This document shows positions 58,607 through 64,000 of a stretch of DNA of 64,000 nt, piece after piece; position 1 is the first letter of the stretch; every line of letters begins with the position of its first letter. A program made the position numbers and the translations under genes. Origin of the DNA: Candidatus Levyibacteriota bacterium (GTDB lineage Bacteria > Patescibacteriota > Microgenomatia > Levybacterales > UBA12049); NCBI GenBank assembly GCA_016182185.1, contig JACOXU010000003.1, positions 123,881-187,880 on the forward strand, written 5' to 3'. The notes under the pieces are model-generated. The model was not told the origin of the DNA. It did no database searches and saw only the letters and a list, made by a program, of their open reading frames with translations.

Positions 58607-61600
58607 CTACCGTTCGTCGACTATCCACCAATCAAACTTGATATCTCGACTGTAGCGTCTTTCAATCTCAACTGTGAAGCCTGAGCCGGCTGCTTTATTC
58701 GTAACCACGAGCGGCTGGCCTCCGGTAAGGCTTGTGGCAGTCACAAATATTCTGGATTTATTGGTCACGGCAGCCGTATCAACTACCACACTCGTATCTC
58801 CTGCGAGCAGGGTCCCCGAACCCAGCGAAGCCGCGTTTGACGCGGTGGTATCGATATTGACTTTCTTGGCTGTGATTTCACCTTCTGTTTTTATATTTCC
58901 ATTGGTATCAATCGTGACTTTGCCTGAGAGTATATTTATCCCACCCAAGCCATTGCTCTGAAGGTTCAAATCTCCAATACTATTTATAGATGCTCCCCCA
59001 TCTCCATTGTTAAGCGATGAGTCAAGTCCGTGAATTGACAAGAGCCCTGCTGCGATGTTACCGGTCACTCCCAGATCTGCAGTCGTCGTTCTGCCCAGCA
59101 CCATCAAGTTGCCTGATATTGTCGCGCTCTCTGCGTTGATATTGGTCAGATCAGGTAGAAGCGAAGCCGCGTTTGACGCGGTTGAGACACCCAATACTGC
59201 TCCATTCAGCATGCTCTGCAGGAAGGCAGATTCTGATGCCAGCTGATCCACTCTTTGTGAGAGACTATTGGTATTAAGCTCTAAGCCGGTTACTCTATTT
59301 TGCATATCCGCGAACAACGGATCACTACTCAAATCAAATGTCCCCGAAGATGAAGCTGACGATACGGGATCGTTACTTGGGTTGATCAGTCCCAGCAACT
59401 GGCTCGCCTCCTCCGCACTAAACTGCGCATATGGATTAGTCACGCTCCCATCTGCTGCAATTTGAATCCTCGGATCTCTCCAGGAAAGGTTTATAAATAC
59501 TGAAATTTTACCAATAATATCCGGATCTGAGTTGCTGTAGCCTTCAATAGCAATCCCTATAACCATTCCCGGCTTTGTTGCCTTCATGGCTACACCGGGC
59601 TTACTTGATGCAGTAAGAGAATCACCCGGCATTATTTCTCCATTTTCCGCAGATACTTTTACAGGAACACGACCAGAAAGAGCAACAGCGACTTCTTTTA
59701 CTGATCGGGGGTCTGTTTTCTGACCATGCCCACCAAGCAACACACCTGGTTTTTCTGAGATGACACCAAGCATTGCAGAATTTGTGGATGACTTTTGAAC
59801 AAATTCTGTTTCGTAGTCATGTTCAAAAGGATTATCAGGTGGGGTATCAGGTTTGGGCTGATAATTTAAACTTACAACGTCCCCAGCTTCTATTGAATCA
59901 TCAAGCGTCGGGAAATTTTCAGCTATATCATCAATCGTAAAGCTTGAACTAATACCATATACAGTACCTGCAGTTCTTGAAGCATCAATACAGTCGTCTG
60001 CAGTATCTAGAGAATCATCTGCGCAGATAGCTCCATAGGCTAGTATACCATTGCCGCCTATATTAGTAGTCACATTAGCTCCGGCTGCTCCGACAAGCAA
60101 ATCCCCCCCGCTTCCTCCTGTGACAGTAAATATAGTAGCCCCCGAGGCTGAGGCGGTAAAAATATCTAGACCAGATGTTTGGTTTATAACTGCTGCTGCC
60201 TTACCGCCTGATGCTCCGGAAAGATTAAGCATCGAACCAAGACCCGAGCTTGTGACGTTAAGTACGGCCCCTGTTGAAAGCCCATTACTCTGGGTAAGAG
60301 AAAGAACATTTGCAGTATCGGTACAGCCGCCAGTGGTAATACTGCAATTGGATGTCAGATTTGCCAATGAGCCAGATAGACTAACAGATCCAACTGGTAT
60401 CATAGAGACTCCATTGTCTACCCAATTGCCTGACCCCGTATTAGACCACGAATGAGTTGGATTCTCTTGCGTGCTGTCTGAATAAGCTACGGATGGATTA
60501 AGAAATCCGCCCTGTCTTTTTGTATTAACCCCCGTAGTCGTGAGTGTTCCGCTAACCGCTGAGGCTACTATATCTATTGCCGTTCTGCCCAAAGAGTTTG
60601 TGATGGCATTATTAGGCGTAGTACTAGAACCAGTTGAAGAGGTACAACCTGCAAAAGCGCTTCCTACAGTTTGATTAATGTTAAAGTAGCTGGCAGTAAT
60701 AACATAACCACGATCACTTCCACTTCCATTGGTGAAGTTTACACTTGTTGTATTAGCGCCTGAAGATGAAGAATCCCCCATTGCTATAGCAAAAATATCC
60801 GTAGCTACACTAGTGCCATTTGTAGCCTGACTACAGACTCTCGTAGCGGAACTTCCGCCGTACGTTACAGTATTAATTGTTTCAGAATTTGCATTCTGAT
60901 ATGCAATGGCTATTACCACCATACGGTTGCTTCCTGCTCCCAAAGTATGGCTGTTAGTTATTGTAGTATTAGTAAGAGTCCAACTACTTATAACAGAGGA
61001 GTCATAAACACTTGTATTTATGCTTAAATTTCGATTTAGATTTAGCAAATTACCGGAGTCAGTATTGATAGCTGTATATGTAGCGGTATGATCTCCATTG
61101 ATAAGATTGGCAGAAGTCAAATTGGCAGAAGTGGAAAGGACATTTAGGCCCTTACCCGTAGTTAGGGAATTTGCGGCGATTGAGAACGCGTCTCCTGTAG
61201 TTGCAGAAGAGGTTGCAAAGACAGACCCCCAATTATTTATAGTAAAGACTGTGCTTCCCGATTTTGATGCTGTGAAAATATCTGCATTTGGTGAAAGGTC
61301 TGTTTGATTTACTCTAAGAGCTGCGTTATTCCCGCTGATGCCGGATATGTCTAATAATCCTATTGGACTTGTATTTCCGATACCTACTCTGCCAATATTA
61401 TTTATAACAAATTTTGTAGAGCCTGAAGAAGAGGCGGATAGAATATAATCATTTGTATTAGTTCCAGTTTGGTTGAGAATCATCAAAGCGTTGTGTCCGT
61501 TGTTGCCTGATAGATCAAGGAGTCCAAGTGGGCTTGTGTTGCCGACCCCGACCCTACCAAGATTGTTGATGACAAATTTGGTAACACCAGAGGATGAGGC

Positions 61601-64000
61601 AGCCAAAACATAATCGTTGGCATTGGTACCAGTCTGGTTAAGGATCATTAAGGCGTTTTGTCCGTTATTACCAGATAGATCAAAAAGACCTAAGGGAGTC
61701 GAATTCCCAATCCCAACTTTACCGAGTTTATTTATAACGAACTTAGTTGTCCCGCTCTTTGAAGCTGTAAAGATGTCATTATTCCCTGTCTGATTGATAA
61801 TTGCAGCTGCCTTACCACCGGAGGCTCCTGAAATATTTAGCATTGGCCCAAGACCTGAGGTGGCGATGTTGAGTACCGCACCTGTCGAAAGACCATAACT
61901 CTGGTTAAGAGAAAGAAGATTTGAACTATCATTGCAAATTCCAGCTGTTACAGTACAATTAGAGGTTATTGACGCAAGGCTTCCCGTAAGATCTGCTGTG
62001 CCTACTCCGGGAACGAGTGCCACTCCTAGATGATACCAAGATAAATCAGTACCACCGGCAGTCCAGGCCATGTTGGTGCTTGCACCTGTAGCTGATTCTT
62101 CCGAATAAGCGGCTACATAGACTGTCGAGCCGTATGTTTGGTTCCATCTCTGCGTTTGATTACTTCCTCCAGGAAGTGAGAGTGTCGGGTTTATGCCTGC
62201 ATTCAGCATAGAATCTATTACAACATCCCCGCTCTGGCTTGTAACATTTAAGCTTGGGCTGGTACCCGAACCTGTTTCGGTCTGACAAGTAGCACGAAAT
62301 GGGCTTGTTTGAGAGACTCCGCTATAAGTTGTTGCTAAAGCGACCCAGGTCTCACTATTACCTAATGTTATTGATACAGTATTTGAACCCGAACTTGGAT
62401 TAAGCAAATAATACATATCTATGGCTTCTGTTCCTGGTGAAAAAGTACAGCCTGGAATCAAAGTGAGCGCTGAACCGTTATAAGTAATAGATGATATTCC
62501 AGCATTTCCTGCTCTTGATACGGTAACTATTAATATACGGTTGTCACCCGTTCCGGTAGTGTGTGAAAAATTAGCTGAACTACCTGTTTGCTCAGCCAGA
62601 GTGGTACTATTATCATAAGCAATAGTTTGAGTTGAGGTATTCAGAGTATAATTTCTACTAAGGCTTGCTAAATTTCCAGAAATATTAGCATTACTCGTAC
62701 CGGTATACGTATTGGTCTGGTTTACATTTAATCCTTTACCACTCGTCAGCGAATTTGCTACGATTGAGAAGGCGTCTGTCGAAACTGCAGAAGAAGTGGC
62801 ATAGATACCTCTATTTATAGTATCAAAATTGAGCATCGAACTTCCGGCAGCATCTGCAATCTGAAGAGCTGTTGATGAATTGGTCAAAGGCAGCCATTGC
62901 GCACCTGCGACGGAGACCAGATTTCCTCCGTTTGTAATTCTGAACTTGGTCGTTCCGCTTGTTGAGGCGGCTAGAATGTCATTCGTGCTTGCGCCGGTTT
63001 GGTTGATGATAAGAGCGGCGTTTCCTCCCTGATTTCCTCCTTGCAAATCCAGAAGCGCAGTTGGGGTGGTTGTGCCGATGCCCGCCCAGACATAATTCGC
63101 TCCAGTCCCTCCAAGAACCAGCCTATTGCTTGCTCCCACAATCGCGTTGTATCCAAGGGCTGTAGAACCGTTGATGCTGTTTGATGATGTTTGAGATAGA
63201 TATCCTATGAATGTGTTGTTGCTTCCCGAGGTGAGTGGAACACCTTGAGTGCCTGCTGAAACTCCGATGGCTGTATTGCCCGAGCCTGTAACATTTTGAA
63301 GAGCAGCGTTTCCCAACGCAGTGTTATTGGTTCCTGTATTTCCAGAGCTAAGACCTACGAAGGTGTTCGTTCCTCCGGGTGCTCTGAATAGATTATTATT
63401 GGATTGTTTTATGATAATCTCTCCGGTCGTATCTCCTCCGATAGTCAAAGTCCTTTGGGCGGTTGACTGTATACTTCCGCCTGCTCCGAGCGAGAAATTA
63501 CCGGCGATAGAAGCAGTAGGAGTACCCGAATTGATATTCAAGACTGCGAACTTTGCAGATTGGGTCGTGGTTCCACCCAGAAGAAGATCAACTGTATTGG
63601 CAAAGGCAGGAGTATAAGCTCCACTCACCAGATCCCATCTTGCGCCTGCACAGTCACTTGAAGCAGTAACTATACCATTTGAGGTAGTTACACAGGAGCC
63701 TGATACATCTGCTCCGGCTGTGCCATTGATCCTGAGCTTACTTGATCCAGCCAAGCTGATATTTATATCTCCTGTGTCTCCTCCGCCCAAGGTCAGAGTT
63801 TGTCTATTCGTAGACGTAAGACTTCCTGCTGTATCTATAGTAAATCCTGCAGCAGATGAAGCATTACCGCTGTTGGTGACTCTGAATTTAGTTGCACCGG
63901 ATGAAGAGGCGGCAAGAATATCACCGTTTGAAGTAGAATTATTGACTATAAGAGTCGCGTTGTTGCCTGCGTCTCCGGTTATTTCAAGAAATGCTTTAGG
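58607..64000 (-). CDS. Giant fibre/adhesin-like repetitive protein with a peptidase-G2/intramolecular-chaperone-like C-terminal region (partial; frame open to window edge)
   Basis: VGIGNxxP repeats, NTALG repeats, DIAENF...GVISEKPG...VALSGRVPVKV...GVAMKA, C-terminal FDWWIV; no stop between 63790 and 64000. Confidence 0.85.
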   Translation of the reverse strand, partial: PKAFLEITGDAGNNATLIVNNSTSNGDILAASSSGATKFRVTNSGNASSAAGFTIDTAGSLTSTNRQTLTLGGGDTGDINISLAGSSKLRINGTAGADVSGSCVTTSNGIVTASSDCAGARWDLVSGAYTPAFANTVDLLLGGTTTQSAKFAVLNINSGTPTASIAGNFSLGAGGSIQSTAQRTLTIGGDTTGEIIIKQSNNNLFRAPGGTNTFVGLSSGNTGTNNTALGNAALQNVTGSGNTAIGVSAGTQGVPLTSGSNNTFIGYLSQTSSNSINGSTALGYNAIVGASNRLVLGGTGANYVWAGIGTTTPTALLDLQGGNQGGNAALIINQTGASTNDILAASTSGTTKFRITNGGNLVSVAGAQWLPLTNSSTALQIADAAGSSMLNFDTINRGIYATSSAVSTDAFSIVANSLTSGKGLNVNQTNTYTGTSNANISGNLASLSRNYTLNTSTQTIAYDNSTTLAEQTGSSANFSHTTGTGDNRILIVTVSRAGNAGISSITYNGSALTLIPGCTFSPGTEAIDMYYLLNPSSGSNTVSITLGNSETWVALATTYSGVSQTSPFRATCQTETGSGTSPSLNVTSQSGDVVIDSMLNAGINPTLSLPGGSNQTQRWNQTYGSTVYVAAYSEESATGASTNMAWTAGGTDLSWYHLGVALVPGVGTADLTGSLASITSNCTVTAGICNDSSNLLSLNQSYGLSTGAVLNIATSGLGPMLNISGASGGKAAAIINQTGNNDIFTASKSGTTKFVINKLGKVGIGNSTPLGLFDLSGNNGQNALMILNQTGTNANDYVLAASSSGVTKFVINNLGRVGVGNTSPLGLLDLSGNNGHNALMILNQTGTNTNDYILSASSSGSTKFVINNIGRVGIGNTSPIGLLDISGISGNNAALRVNQTDLSPNADIFTASKSGSTVFTINNWGSVFATSSATTGDAFSIAANSLTTGKGLNVLSTSANLTSANLINGDHTATYTAINTDSGNLLNLNRNLSINTSVYDSSVISSWTLTNTTITNSHTLGAGSNRMVVIAIAYQNANSETINTVTYGGSSATRVCSQATNGTSVATDIFAIAMGDSSSSGANTTSVNFTNGSGSDRGYVITASYFNINQTVGSAFAGCTSSTGSSTTPNNAITNSLGRTAIDIVASAVSGTLTTTGVNTKRQGGFLNPSVAYSDSTQENPTHSWSNTGSGNWVDNGVSMIPVGSVSLSGSLANLTSNCSITTGGCTDTANVLSLTQSNGLSTGAVLNVTSSGLGSMLNLSGASGGKAAAVINQTSGLDIFTASASGATIFTVTGGSGGDLLVGAAGANVTTNIGGNGILAYGAICADDSLDTADDCIDASRTAGTVYGISSSFTIDDIAENFPTLDDSIEAGDVVSLNYQPKPDTPPDNPFEHDYETEFVQKSSTNSAMLGVISEKPGVLLGGHGQKTDPRSVKEVAVALSGRVPVKVSAENGEIMPGDSLTASSKPGVAMKATKPGMVIGIAIEGYSNSDPDIIGKISVFINLSWRDPRIQIAADGSVTNPYAQFSAEEASQLLGLINPSNDPVSSASSSGTFDLSSDPLFADMQNRVTGLELNTNSLSQRVDQLASESAFLQSMLNGAVLGVSTASNAASLLPDLTNINAESATISGNLMVLGRTTTADLGVTGNIAAGLLSIHGLDSSLNNGDGGASINSIGDLNLQSNGLGGINILSGKVTIDTNGNIKTEGEITAKKVNIDTTASNAASLGSGTLLAGDTSVVVDTAAVTNKSRIFVTATSLTGGQPLVVTNKAAGSGFTVEIERRYSRDIKFDWWIVDER

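Noticed and set aside
57782-64000. Diversity-generating retroelement (Avd-like proteins next to a fibre gene)
   Set aside because: No reverse transcriptase and no TR/VR pair differing at adenines is visible in the window
57472-64000. Prophage (excisionase-like HTH plus tail-fibre-like gene)
   Set aside because: No integrase, terminase or capsid genes; the architecture fits a cellular giant surface protein

Overview
This is a housekeeping-rich chromosomal window from a low-GC bacterium using the standard genetic code. It is most likely a Patescibacteria (CPR) Microgenomates-type organism, inferred from an unlinked 16S gene with CPR-like primer-site mismatches, short EF-Ts, atypical L1 and CPR-type surface proteins. 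It contains gdhA, rpsB-tsf-frr-rseP, a vWA/KPxIYLYP/vWA surface-protein trio, an orphan fabH and a complete dTMP/folate-cycle cluster (dcd-tmk-dut-like-thyA-trpR-like-NUDIX-folA-glyA). It also holds dockerin/cohesin surface proteins, a stand-alone 16S rRNA, six tRNAs, topA, dprA, a split mreB//mreCD-mrdA locus, def-fmt, secE-nusG-rplKA//rplJL, two four-helix-bundle genes and a giant fibre-like protein running off the right edge. The most notable unexplained signals are: (1) degenerate 7/8-nt AT-rich arrays that bracket the four-helix-bundle genes, recur as 'empty' copies at about 20 sites and invade coding sequences; (2) short GC-rich palindrome families inserted in frame into essential genes in different frames and strands, and into the 16S; (3) a TrpR-like regulator with two copies of a candidate operator inside the thymidylate cluster; (4) a shared LQLxT(F/I)K motif across four surface proteins; (5) an apparent ~40-nt deletion in 16S h26, several recoded or broken ORFans, and an inverted tRNA-rpmG block. 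All calls come from reading the sequence; no searches were run.
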